A stretch of DNA of 60,996 nt, filler included, from Dugesia japonica (taxonomy: Eukaryota), in the NCBI GenBank assembly GCA_001938525.1. It is 6 parts of 6 records of this genome, joined end to end, with 100 filler letters (N's around TTAATTAATTAA, not from the genome) between each part and the next. Parts side by side here need not be neighbours in the genome. Positions count along the whole stretch, not along the records: positions 1 to 9,515 come from MQRL01610071.1; positions 9,616 to 17,914 come from MQRL01620389.1; 4 more parts are not named here. The stretch is one strand, 5' to 3'. The notes below the pieces were generated by a model. The model was not told the origin of the DNA, did not search any database, and was given only the letters and a program-made list of their open reading frames with translations. A program made the position numbers and the translations under genes. Positions within the stretch are counted from its first letter, which is position 1, and every line of letters begins with the position of its first letter. Positions 1 to 11,772 of this stretch are shown here, piece by piece.

Positions 1-369
1 CTACTCCTCCTCGTTTTTTTCAGTCTTTTACACACACACAACCACACACACAAACACAACTTGACCTACTTTTTTAAAAGCATCTTAACAACTCAAACAC
101 AAAGAAAATTTAAAATTTAAAAATACACACAGAACTTCAGGATCAAAAAATTTATTCAGATCAAAAAAAATTTTGATCCGATCAAAAAGTTTTTGATCCC
201 AAAAATCTTAGAAAAAAAATCGATCACAAAAATCAATGTTAAAGAAACGCAGCTTAAGCGTAATGTGTTTCCGAGCCCCCCCGAGGGGGCTCGATAACTG
301 CTTAAAAATAATTGTGCCCGAATTTTGGCTCATTGCCAAATTGTGCCCGTGTGCCACTATCTATCTACT
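1..369. mobile_element. Terminus of a Polinton/Maverick-like element (body lies left of the window)
   Basis: Ends ...GTGCCACTATCTATCTACT (AGTAG-type terminus on the minus strand). It has a perfect 9-bp GC hairpin at 272-293 and GATCCGATCAAAAA repeats, and resembles the reverse complement of 60563-60760. Gypsy RNase H coding sequence starts abruptly at 370. Confidence 0.55.
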
Positions 370-1320
370 ATTGGCTTTTTAATATTTCTGTATGCATTTC
401 AAACATTACTTGTACGGTAGAAGATTTACTCTTAGAACAGATCATAAAGCTCTAACTTTCATGATGATGACGAAGACACCAATTACGTCACAATTCCAGA
501 CATGGATTAATTATCTTAGTAGTTTAGACATGGTTTTGGAATATAGAAAAGAAATTAAACATAGTAATACAGATATGTTATCTAGACCAAGATGTGAGGT
601 ATGTTTACAATGTCAAATGTTACATGAAGATGCCAAGAAAGGGAAGATTAAAACGAGAATACTGAATATAATCGAAAAGGAAAAAGAAAATCATTTAAAC
701 ATTTCTGAGGAAACAGATTTGATCAAGAAAATGAAAATTCCGGATGACAAACTACATGAAACAATAGAAGAAATACATAAATTATTATGTCATGCAGGAG
801 TTGGAAATGTGTACGAATTTATGAGAAAAAAATATATTGTAAAGAATTTGTGCAGCCAAATACAGAAGATAGTTCGTTGTTGTGGAATTTATCAGAAGAC
901 CAAAGTAGTGACAACACCAACTAAAGAGAAGACAAAGAGTTTAGAAGCTACCAATTTAATTGAAGTGATATTCACAGATTAATGTGGGCCAATACGGGAA
1001 CCGAGTGGACTGAAAAAATACATTCTTGGAATAATCGACAGTAAATATCTAGTACTTATACCATTGCTTAGACAAGACGAGGAAACAATACGAAAAGCTA
1101 TTTTTGAAAAGTGGATATTGAGATTTGGATGTCCAAGAGAGATAAGATTAGATTGTGGAAAAGCGTTTGAATCCAGAGTTATGATAGAGTTGGCACAGAA
1201 GCTAGATATTAAACTTTGCTTTTCGAGTCCATATCATAATAATGTAAACGGAAAAATTGAAAAACATTTAAGGACAATTCGAGATTTGATTAATGCAACA
1301 CTTCAGGAAAGAAAGACAAA
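370..1320 (+). mobile_element. Ty3/Gypsy pol fragment (RNase H end, integrase zinc finger and core), decayed
   Basis: HFKHYLYGRRFTLRTDHKAL; HKLLCH...CCGIYQK; FTD*CGP; RFGCPREIRLDCGKAFES; SPYHNNVNGKIEK. Contains a stop and a frameshift. Confidence 0.95.
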
Positions 1321-1350
1321 AATGTTCCGTAGCCCCACTATCTACCTACT
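1321..1350. mobile_element. Short remnant of a second AGTAG-type terminus
   Basis: GCCCCACTATCTACCTACT closely matches GTGCCACTATCTATCTACT at 351-369 and begins where Gypsy homology stops. Confidence 0.4.
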
Positions 1351-3224
1351 TACGACAATAAAAAGGACCCTTCCACTAGTAGCATTATTTCTGCTAAAAA
1401 TAGAAGCATAAAATTAGAAACTTTAAAACTCAAGCTATAACTGAAACCCTTTAATCCAGCATTTAATTCTAGTACCATGGTATGTTGTATTATAGAGGTT
1501 CGACTGCGTTTGATTAAGAAATAGTATAATTTATTGATATGAGTTTATGAATATTAATTTGAACTTGTACATTTATCATCAGAGATTTTTAATTTAGAAT
1601 ACTAATAAATATTTAACATGAAAAGTTAAGGAAATAATTTCGCAATTTTATCTCCACGGCTTATTAGAGTTGCCAACACCTACAATCTCGATCCCGAGAG
1701 ATTATAAAATTGCAACCATTATAGTTTATAAAGCTTAACAATAATGAAAAATGGTTTTCGCTTCTTTGTTCATACTGTTACAACTTACACATGATGATTA
1801 TGTGTAGGATTTTAATTAATTAATTACTGTTATTATAATAATTTGTAGAATATTTTAATATCAAATGAAGAAGTTCCGGATGAAAGTTTGCCAATTTTCT
1901 GCAAAACGACAAATTTTAAATTGTTATGGGGAGTTCAAGAAGGTGGAACGTCAACTGGTGAACTAACGACATTGCTCTACATGAAGATAATAAAGAAAGT
2001 ATTGGAAATGAAGCCTCTCANAAAAGTTTATGATGCTCAATTCAAAGATCAATTCATCGGGAAGAAGTTTTTAACTTAATCCATAACAAGAACTATATAA
2101 TTGACGAAATTAAAGATATGAGTATAGATGAGAAATTTACAGTGGAAGCAATAGAAATATCCTATGCGAAATATTTTAAAGATCGATATGACATTAAATT
2201 ATATCATGGGAATAAGCCATTTATATTTACAATACTTGAAAATATGACAATTACGATTCCAGGAGAATTGTGCTTCTTATATTTTGTCGATCAAGAAATG
2301 TCCAGCATCAATTAACAAAAGAGCTTGGAAATTGTATGTAACAGAAAGTCACTTTCAATCCTTGATGACATTCCTACATTATGCAATTGGATTAGAAGCA
2401 ACGATGTGTCCAACGGAGTATGGAACAAGTGAAGATTGAGCTAATTGGACACATCATTCGAAATTGGAGAACGAAAAAAACCGCCGTTTGATTTTTGAGC
2501 GGATACAGTATCAATGAATTCATTCATGCTGATTGGAAATATGTACGATTTTAGTTTAATTTACGTGTAAACTTTAATTATAACGTTGAAGTAGTTGCTG
2601 CCGACCCATTTTACTCGTGTCATGGAAATAAATTAATATTTATGTATGACACGTTCATTAAAAGGTAATGCCAAAGTTAGATAATTTAGGAGTAAAAATA
2701 AGTTATACTTAAATAGTCATGTGTAATCCAAATAGCATTAAAAATCTCTTAAATTATATCCGAAGACGTATCAGAAGGAGAAAAATCCAAATGGCCATAG
2801 TTTTCGTGCCAGATTCTCGAGTTTATGATGAAATTAAATCGAATTCAACGAGAATTGGTCTGGTAACACAATGAGTTACGGAACGGTAATTGACTAACGG
2901 GAGTGCTATTTGCAGGAAGCGCATTTTGGATAACATGGGTATCCAAGTTCTTATTAGACTTGGATGTGATCTATACAATGTAGAAATTAGTATGCAACCA
3001 ATAATGATTGTTGGTATTAAATCTAGTAAAAGTCAATTTAAAAATCTGTGTTTTCAACAAACAGTGCATTTTAGCAATACATTGGTTTCGTGAACCAAGT
3101 TTATAGTTTAGATGAATTTCAAGAAACCATGATGAAGAATTTCAATCAAGCACTGAAAGATTTCGAAAAACGGTATCATATTTTTCCGTTTCAAATTATT
3201 GTGTTTATGGACAATATGCATGAA

Positions 3225-3535
3225 AACACTAGAAACAGGCTACATTTCTACATTACATAGAAAAAATATGAAGAAATACTAATCAAAGAAAACAATTCTA
3301 AAATAAATATAATTTATAATAATTAAATTAAATATAAAATAAGAATTAAAATTATCCAATTAAAATTTAATAAAAATAAATTATTTCATAAAAAATTATT
3401 ACTATTAGAAACATAAATCTTGAATAAATTAAAAAAGTCAATTCCTGACGAAGTCAAGATCGAAATATCGAATTGTTATCCAATATCAATAAGAAAACCA
3501 AAATTTTGATCTAAGCTTTTATAATAAATGAATAT
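3225..3535 (+). mobile_element. Penelope-like retroelement 3' end / pseudo-LTR inserted in piwi
   Basis: GIY-YIG-like C-terminus EEILIKENNSKINIIYNN*, then a hammerhead motif. Related copies lie at about 5900-6120 and 39567-39730. Confidence 0.75.
3439..3475 (+). ncRNA. Minimal (short stem III) type I hammerhead ribozyme
   Basis: CAATTC-CTGACGA-AGTCAAGATC-GAAA-TA-TC-GAATTG: 6-bp stem I, intact CUGANGA and GAAA core, palindromic AUAU stem III, predicted cleavage after C3469. Stem II is weak. Confidence 0.75.
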
Positions 3536-4242
3536 GGATGAAAATAAATTTACAAAATTTTCCTCTATACCACTGTCCGAATTCCGCAAATAATTTACGT
3601 GATCATTCAACAAATCCAACACTATACAAAATATTGAAAGACAGTGGAGAAAATATTGAAAATGAAACAAAGGATCCAATGGATTGCGTGGCTCCTAATG
3701 ATCTGCAAAAAATAACTTATGCAACTACTCATTTGTACCTCAATTGGATGCGTTCAATTCGTGTACCTGTCCTGGTGCATTACGCACGCAGGTTGGTTGA
3801 GAAAATATGGAGATATGATGGACATATTCCTGTGGATTTGATGAGAGAATCGGTAACTTTATAAAAATATAGTTGGGAATTTGACTAAATTTGGATACTA
3901 CATTTCCTATATTGATTTTATTTCCCCCCCTTGAATTTATTGATTGTTACTGTTTCTCATTTAACATGTTTTGTGAGCTGAAATAAATTGTGTTTGCAGT
4001 TTGTTTAAGGAAAATCGTAATTTTTACGTTTTTAGAAGTATTTTCAATTGTTATATTTGTAACATGTCACTATGAATATATTTTTCAAATCAATAATATA
4101 TTTTTTTAGGTTATTTTATTGAGATATTTTTGAAAATTAATTNATTTATTTAATTCTTTATTTAAATGACCTTGAAATCAATTTAGAATCATAAATAATC
4201 AATTCAGATTTTTTAAAAAGTTTGAAGTTATTTAATTATCAA

Positions 4243-5632
4243 ATGGCTAGTTCAAAATTGCAAGATTTATGGGGTCTGTTAAGTAAATATAATTTTGATA
4301 TTGATCTGCAAAAATAAAGTGACCTTACCTGTGTAATTTGCAAGAAAATATTAAAAAATGCCTCTCAAAACGTTTGTGGCTGTCGTTATTGTTATGAATG
4401 CATCGAAAATTATTTGGAGGATAATGTTAAAATTTGTCCAGCTCAGAATGATGATTGTAGAAATTGTTTTATAGATTTAAATAAAAATGTCACTATTGAT
4501 TATGCTTCTAATAAGAAAATATCAATGATAAGGGTGAAATGCCCTGAATCGTTTTGTCAATTTTCCGGTGAATTAAAAGATTTAATTTCTCATATTGGAA
4601 CCCATCAACTAGAATGTCCATACTGTGATATGGGATGTAATGAACCGAGAATCGATATAAATACTATGAGGATCCATTTGAATAATGAGAATTATTCTCA
4701 TTCAACTTTATTAATGGATTCAATGCAAAATATGAAAAATGAAATCGATTGTCTTAAAGAAAATTTCCTTTCAAAAGAAGTTAGTGAAAAATAAAGCGTT
4801 TTTTTTGAATTTTTATTGATCCTAATGAAGGAATTGTGCAAAAATTTGAAAATGAAAAATATTGATTTACAATTAAATTTTGAAATTCTACGTAAAGAAG
4901 TTGCTGAAATACAGGAAGAATCCCAGTGCAAACAAGTGGTATAATTTATTTAATAGAAATCATTAAATTATTTCGTTGAATATAATCAATGATTTAATGA
5001 ATAAATTTGACGAGAATGGTAATATAAAATCAATAATTGAAAAAAAATAATTAAAATCGAATTACAACAAGTAATATCTGTTTTGTATTTTTTAACGTTT
5101 TCATTTTATAAAACTGTAGGAAAAATTGATTGAAGAAATCGATAAATTCAAAAATATTCAATTAAAATTGTAGCATCATTTCAATGGAAATTTTTTAGAT
5201 AAAAAAAACCACAAAAAATGGAATTAATGAATCAATTTATAGTAATGCGTTTTATTCTCACCCAAATGGATATAAATTACATTTGNNNNNNNNNNNNNNN
5301 NNNNNNNNNNNNNNNNNNNNNNNNNNNNNNNNNNNNNNNNNNNNNNNNNNNNNNNNNNNNNNNNNNNNNNNNNNNNNNNNNNNNNNNNNNNNNNNNNNNN
5401 NNNNNNNNNNNNNNNNNNNNNNNNNNNNNNNNNNNNNNNNNNNNNNNNNNNNNNNNNNNNNNNNNNNNNNNNNNNNNNNNNNNNNNNNNTATTTCAAAGG
5501 CCTGCTTTAAGAGAATTCCATGATAAAAAATATATGTATGGAGTTACAAAATTTATTAGTTTGAATAAATTTATCAATAATTCTAATTTGTTGAGAGATG
5601 AAGCAATTTTAATCAATTGTTTTGTCAATTGA
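4243..5632 (+). pseudogene. TRAF: TRAF-family RING / zinc finger / coiled coil / MATH gene, disrupted
   Basis: RING CVICKKIL...CGCRYCYEC...CP; TRAF zinc fingers; MATH motifs SIYSNAFYSHPNGYKL and FQRP...YGVTKFIS...LLRDEAILINCFV*. In-frame TAA at 4315 and frameshifts near 5170-5210. Short introns retained; N gap inside MATH. Confidence 0.85.
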
Positions 5633-5899
5633 TTGATTTTTTTAAATTATGTATTTAAATATATTGAACTTGATTTTGATTGGATATTCTAATTCAAGTT
5701 GTGTGTTTTAAATTTCCATAGAAACAATTATATCAAAAATTAGTATCTCTGTGAGAAATTTTATGAAGGCTTCATTTTTCCAAAATAATAAATTTCACGG
5801 CTCTATTTTAACATGTTATAAATATTTTCAAATAATGTTTTAAAATTGTTTCACGATATTTTATATTATTAAATAAATAAGAAAATGAAGTCTTCAAAA

Positions 5900-6120
5900 A
5901 CACTTTCAATACGAACATAAAATTTCACCAGAACATCAAATAACATGGAAAACATTAGGAACACACTACAATTTTATGCTTCACTAGAAGAAATATTAAT
6001 CAAAGAGAATAAACCTAAATTCAATGTAATTTATAATTAAAATAAATACGATAAATTTCTTATTTGAATTAAATCAATGAAAAGTTAATTTCTAAAAACA
6101 ATAGTCGAAAATTCAGATAA
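5900..6120 (+). mobile_element. Penelope-like 3' fragment with a decayed hammerhead
   Basis: HKISPEHQITWKTLG...LEEILIKENKPKFNVIYN*, followed by ...AATAGTC-GAAA-AT-TC-AGATA. Homologous to 3225-3475. Confidence 0.6.
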
Positions 6121-6319
6121 TTCCCAAAAATAGAATACTAGCGTACTGTTCCAACACACATACAGTAACTCTCCACCAGGATTTGTGATGTAATGAAACT
6201 TAATCGTAATGCATTAATCGTGTTTTGAAAAATATGCCAAATTTATTTTCAAATAACTCAAGTGTCATTTTCAAAGTTATTTACAAATTTAGGCTTTGAA
6301 AGTGGCAATATTTTTAGTT

Positions 6320-6630
6320 TAGGTAATTTTTGTGCGTTTTGGTCAATTATTTACTAGGGAAGAGTCAATTTGGAGCGATTTTGGGTGGTTTGGTTCAATA
6401 TTTCCTCCAGATTGATAATTTTGGTAATTTTTAGGTGAATTCGATCAATTATTTCCTCTGGTTTGGTCAATTTGGGAAATTTTTGGAAGAGTTAGTCTAT
6501 TATTTACTCGGTGTTGGTAATTTTGGTCAATTATTTACTTGGTTTAGGAATATAGGTCAATTAAATTCTTGATTTGGGTAATGTTGGTCAATTATTTACT
6601 CGTTATGGACAAATTTGGTTAATTATTTGT
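6320..6630. repeat. Degenerate tandem repeat (TTGGTCAATTATTTACT core)
   Basis: The core recurs about 7 times at roughly 30-40 bp spacing. Confidence 0.7.
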
Positions 6631-8679
6631 TACTTACAAACTGAGTGGAGAGTGGTTTGAGTTTAGAGATTTTGTGCTCAGAGAGTGAGAGAAATTGATG
6701 GAGTTCGGAGATTTTGTGTACTAAGATGAGTCTTGACTAAATGAAAAAATTCATGTATAGCCTATATAACAACGTCATTATAAGAAGAATTCGTAAAAAT
6801 CGGGTTTTCAATAATAAAATACGAAAGATTGGTTAAAAGTAGTGCAAGGTTTGTTTTGCTTTTCTTTTTTCGGATGAAATAGCAAGACATACTTGTCCAT
6901 ATTNTAGTTTAACAGTCTTATTAAATAAACGTCCATATTTCATTTTTAAACCATTTAAGTGTATATAAGGCTTGGTGTCAAATTGCCTATTTTGAATATA
7001 TACTTAACTAATAGTATATAAAGTCTAAAAAAATTAGAAAAGAGTATTCAAAGTAAATAGAAGATTCAATAAAATGTATGTCAAAATATTAATATTATAT
7101 TTTTGAGTGCGTAATACAAGTAAGATCCCTTATTTTACTTTTGAGAAATAAATCTTTGAATTTTTTTGGCTACAGTTCTCAAAAAATTAATTAAAAATCA
7201 TCAAACCAAAAGTCGAATAAATTTCAATAAAAGTGCACAATAACGTTCGCTATAAATATCAAAAGAAAAACTTTAATTCTGTTTAGTCTAGATTGTTACA
7301 ATAATGATAACAGCTGACGTTTTGATAGAACACATCTTTTGTTTATTAAACAGTAGAATGCAATCCTGTCAATGATGGCATCTAGCAGCATATTGAATGC
7401 ATTAGGGAGCTATGGTGCCACATAGAGAGCAAATATAAAAATAGACTAGTTAAACTGGATAATTTTGATTTTGAGTAAATACATATATTTATTTATTGAT
7501 GTATTTTGTTCTCCGTTGTAGTGCTGTTTCAAAAGCAAAAAAATATTGAAATCGTTACGATTTAACAGTATACTTGTGTCATGTAAATTTTAAAAAATAT
7601 TTTATGACTTTCAAATATACAAAGTAATTTCTATAAGAATAGTTTTATTTTTATGCCATTAACATAATGAGTTTTAGTTCAAATATGATATGACTACCCA
7701 TGAAACTGCATTTTCTTTTAGCGTATTAAAATTAAATGTTTAATATGTATAAAAAATTCGTAAACAAAAATTTCTAACAGAAACAGATTCGTTAATAGCA
7801 TTGGTTTTCTATGTATAAGACGCATTGAGTTTGTTTGTGAATAATACTCATTGGTTTCATGTGTATAAAATTAAATTTGTTTTCAGTGTATAATCCCATT
7901 GGTATCATGTGTGCATAAGACTCTATTATATATAAAACATTTATTTTTTGACTTTATAGTGTTGATTGTGTGTATTATATGACTATTATATGTATTATTA
8001 TATAAATCTTGTATTTGTTTTTAATTAATAAATATTTCAAATAGAAAATTTTTTCTTAAAAATATTTTTGACAGTCAACATTTTGCACGAAAGAAATTGA
8101 AAAACTAAATTCATTTTATGATAAGAAATGGAAAAGCTATTATAAACATAAACAGTTTATGTTATGGTAATTTTTTTTAATCAGTCAATTAAGTATTTAA
8201 AATAACTCAATTCTTTTATAAAGAAATTGTTGTAAAAATTTGTACTCAAATTTCTGAGACATTTATTTTGTCTTTATTTTAGTTAATTTTCAATTATTAT
8301 AAATTTTCAGCTTGTTTTAGTCTTAAATATTTAGAAACACCTTCTAAAAATGATTTAGTCAAAATATATTTTTCTAAAGATTGATTGAAAGAAAATAACT
8401 TTCATTTTTATGCATTAATAGTAGATTATTTCGTTTTTTATTTATTACATTTATAAGCAAATAAATTTGTAGAAAAAATTATTTTAAATTAGTATGTTAT
8501 ATCTAAATTTTTTATTACTTAGAAAATTTAGATTTCGTCGAATATCCAATCGTCACTTTCAGATTTTTTGTTTTTATCTGTATATTTTTGTTTAAAAATT
8601 AAAATGTCAGATGGTTTATTTAAAGGTATAAAAATTTTATCTTAAACAATTTGATAATTAAGTCAGATAATAAACATAA

Positions 8680-9420
8680 ATCAGGTGATGAACAGTATAC
8701 ATTAGCTAAAACTAATAAAATTGAAGGAAAAAAATGTCAACATAAAATTGTTCTTAATATACCTTGGCTAACAGATGAAAATGTATTTTTCCAAATTTGG
8801 TGATGTTGTTAAGGTCCAATTCAAAAGAGAATCCAAAACTTTGAAGAGTAAAGGTTATGCATTTATGAGATTTGCTGATTACGCTGCTTAACAGAACAAC
8901 ATTGTATTTACAATCGATGATGTGAAGTGAAAATTCCATATTCAAAAGTAATTTTTAAATAATTTAATGGATTATAAAGGTTTAAATTAATTTATATTCA
9001 ATAAATTTTATAATAAAATATATAAATTAAAATCTAGGCTTTGAATCAGAGTTAATTTAAATTTGATGGGTTTATTAAACTATTGGATTAGTCTGTTCAG
9101 ATGAATTTAGAAGCCAACGAAGTTCGCTATTAAGATTATCAGAAACAGTCTAGGCAGATAAATTAAGAAGTTTTTTAAATTAGTATGGGAAAATGTGCTT
9201 GATTTTTCAGTGGAATTTTGTTTTAAACGAAAAATTATGATCTCAGGTCGGATTGATTTACATTCCAAGGTCTTTTCGGTCATTTGCGTTCGTAAGTTTT
9301 GAAGATGAATCAACTGCTCAAATTTTTTTTTCGGAAGAGAATTAAAAATCTATGTTGATTGTGTAGTTGCTATAAATGCAGCTTCACCGAAATCGAATCA
9401 GAATAATATTAAAGGATTCC
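8680..9420 (+). pseudogene. TARDBP: TDP-43-like two-RRM gene, disrupted
   Basis: RRM1 IVLNIPWLTDE / YFSKFGDVVKVQFKRESKTLKSKGYAFMRFADY / CEVKIPYSK. RRM2 IYIPRSFRSFAFVSFEDESTAQ...VAINAASPK. Stops and frameshifts, with an apparent intron after YSK. Absent from the ORF track. Confidence 0.85.
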
Positions 9421-9444
9421 CCGTAACTTTCTCGCATTTAACTA

Positions 9445-9455
9445 ATATTATTATA

Positions 9456-9515
<60 letters not shown>
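9445..9515. repeat. (ATT)n microsatellite; also at 32457-32626, 34087-34262 and 51790-51835
   Basis: Seen directly. Confidence 0.98.
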
Positions 9516-9615
9516 NNNNNNNNNNNNNNNNNNNNNNNNNNNNNNNNNNNNNNNNNNNNTTAATTAATTAANNNNNNNNNNNNNNNNNNNNNNNNNNNNN
9601 NNNNNNNNNNNNNNN
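9516..9615. other. Artificial 100-bp contig spacer (44 N + TTAATTAATTAA + 44 N); also 17915-18014, 29357-29456, 39467-39566 and 51464-51563
   Basis: An identical six-frame-stop 12-mer is centred in equal N runs five times. Confidence 0.95.
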
Positions 9616-11772
9616 TTGTGTACTATATATATAGAAAGGAACTTAGATGGATATGCTTTTCATTTTCTTTCGCTTAACCTTAAGGAATTTCGTGACGGTG
9701 AAGAGTTATTAAAGATAAAAGAATGAAAACTTGCTCCGCCCACAATTGCGATCGGATTGAGTTGATCTTTGTATCATTCGATAGGAAATAAAATACGACC
9801 TATACACTACCCAAACTACCTTTACTGTAAGATGCTTTATTCTTGAGATAAAGGTTGTGAGACACTGAATCAATATAATGATAACAGTTATATATAACGG
9901 AATAAAAATTTTTACATAAACGTATTACAACCATTGGAATCAGTATCAAAAGCTACCTATAATTTGTTTCATCGAAAGTGCATTTCCTTATATACCATAC
10001 CTTCCCCTCTCGCCGATGACTGATCTGGAAATTTGGTTTACAGATTTAGATGGAAAATTAAAAAATAAGATAAGAACGCATACTTACAAATTTTATGAAA
10101 ATGCTTTCTTCCCACTCAAAATGGCGGCTAAAGGTACATATTGATTTTTTAGGTCAAAATCCACTTAAAATCAATCTTTGTGGTCAAATTTAGTATTGTT
10201 AGATGCGTAATGGAATGACATACACAATGGCATTGCTTAAAATTTAATCGGAAGGAAGTGTAAAAAGTTATTAAATCTTTAATATTTAGAAAAAGGTTTA
10301 AAAACCGTCTCCATCAAAATATTTACACCACAGCCATCAAGCTATTTATATTATTTGATACAAAATTTAAAATAAAATATATATCATTTAAAAATCTTTT
10401 AAAAAAATGCTTTTCTGATAGTGATATCGCTAAAACTAAAGTTTTGGCACTACGGTGGGTAGTTACGATTTATTTACTTGAAACTACCATCAATGAGATG
10501 AGAATCGAAAATTGTTTGTACATTACCTAAAGGGCTTATGGCGAAAATGCATTCTTCGTGACGATAAATGAAGAACAGTCAAGTAGGTAGATGTGAGCAC
10601 ATTCCCGCACCTAGATTCATCAATTTTAGAATTTCAATTGAAACATGAAGATATATGCTATGATAGGAAACTTAGTTGGACTCGTACAAGCTTGATGAAC
10701 ATAACTTCTATCTCAGAATTTCAATCTGGCGCATTGGTAGCGACTTATTAAAGATTCAAAATTTTAATGTTTAAAAACCTTGTTTAGCCTAAAATTTTTA
10801 TAATCTAGAGTTGAATTTGATAATATTGGGTATGTAATTGAAATCTACCTATAAATTTTTTAAAGATTTGATATCGAAAAATGCATACTTACGAGAAAAT
10901 CGCATAAGAAAAAACAAAGAACTTTTAAAATATATTTAAAAGTGGATTTTTGGCATCATTTTTAATTAAAATGTATCAAACTTGATATTATTCGATTCGT
11001 AATGAAATGATTGATATAACTATAATGTTTTCAAAGCAGTTTGACGAATAAAATTTGAAATATTTGCCATATAAATTTTAAACATGAATACAAAATAAAT
11101 AAATTATCTACTTACAAATTGTAAATAAATAAAATTTATTTTAAAAAGATTATGAAAAGTTTTAAAAATGCATTTATGTTCCATTTATATTTTACATGTA
11201 ATATTTAATCTTAATTTATAAAAAGTAAGACACACACATATACATACATAATAAACCAATACACACATAATTAATCATATTCTTATACATACAAGACAAT
11301 AGTATCTTACACGCAGAGAACCAATTGGTCATGTACATACAATAAACCACATAGGGTAATACACCAATTAAGATTATAATTTTATATTTTTTATATATTT
11401 TATTAATATTTTTAATTATAATTTTATAAATTGGTTATTAAATAAATAAAATTTATTATTGGATATTTTCCATTATTTAAATGTTTAACATTCGGTATTT
11501 GTTTTTAATATAAATGCGAAACACAAACCAAAAGTATTTATTACTAATCGTTTGTTACTTTTCTGTGGAAAAAATTACCTACAAATGAAAAAGTAATTGC
11601 AATAGAATTGTCTAATTAAAATAATCGAAACCTAAAAATATAAAATTGAAATTGTCCGTTTAAATTCTGAAGAAAACTTGTTTAATCTATGATAATCACC
11701 AAACATATTTTTACAAATAAAATTATTATTATTTAGATGAAAAATAATTAAATCCAATCTATTTCAACTCAC

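Larger units (their letters stand above)
1620..3864 (+). pseudogene. piwi: Piwi-subfamily Argonaute pseudogene
   Basis: PAZ-like ISYAKYFKDRYDIKL...IPGELCF. PIWI motifs IMIVGIK, ALKDFEKRYHIFPFQIIVFMD, STNPTLYKIL and DLQKITYATTHLYLNWMRSIRVPVLVHYARRL. Many stops and frameshifts, and an insertion at about 3225-3535. The 5' boundary is approximate. Confidence 0.9.

Noticed and set aside
272-369. GC hairpin as a Helitron 3' end or a terminator
   Set aside because: It lies about 76 bp from a CTACT end, not about 11 bp from CTRR, and the context is eukaryotic.
4315-4317. In-frame TAA as evidence of stop-codon reassignment
   Set aside because: The Gln-rich TAF4 and the GPCR have no internal TAA/TAG, and the affected genes also carry frameshifts.
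6320-6630. Spaced repeats as a CRISPR array
   Set aside because: The repeats are degenerate, the spacers resemble each other, there are no cas genes, and the DNA is animal.
9560-9571. Recurring TTAATTAATTAA palindrome as a biological motif
   Set aside because: It is always centred in 44 + 44 N, so it is an assembly linker.
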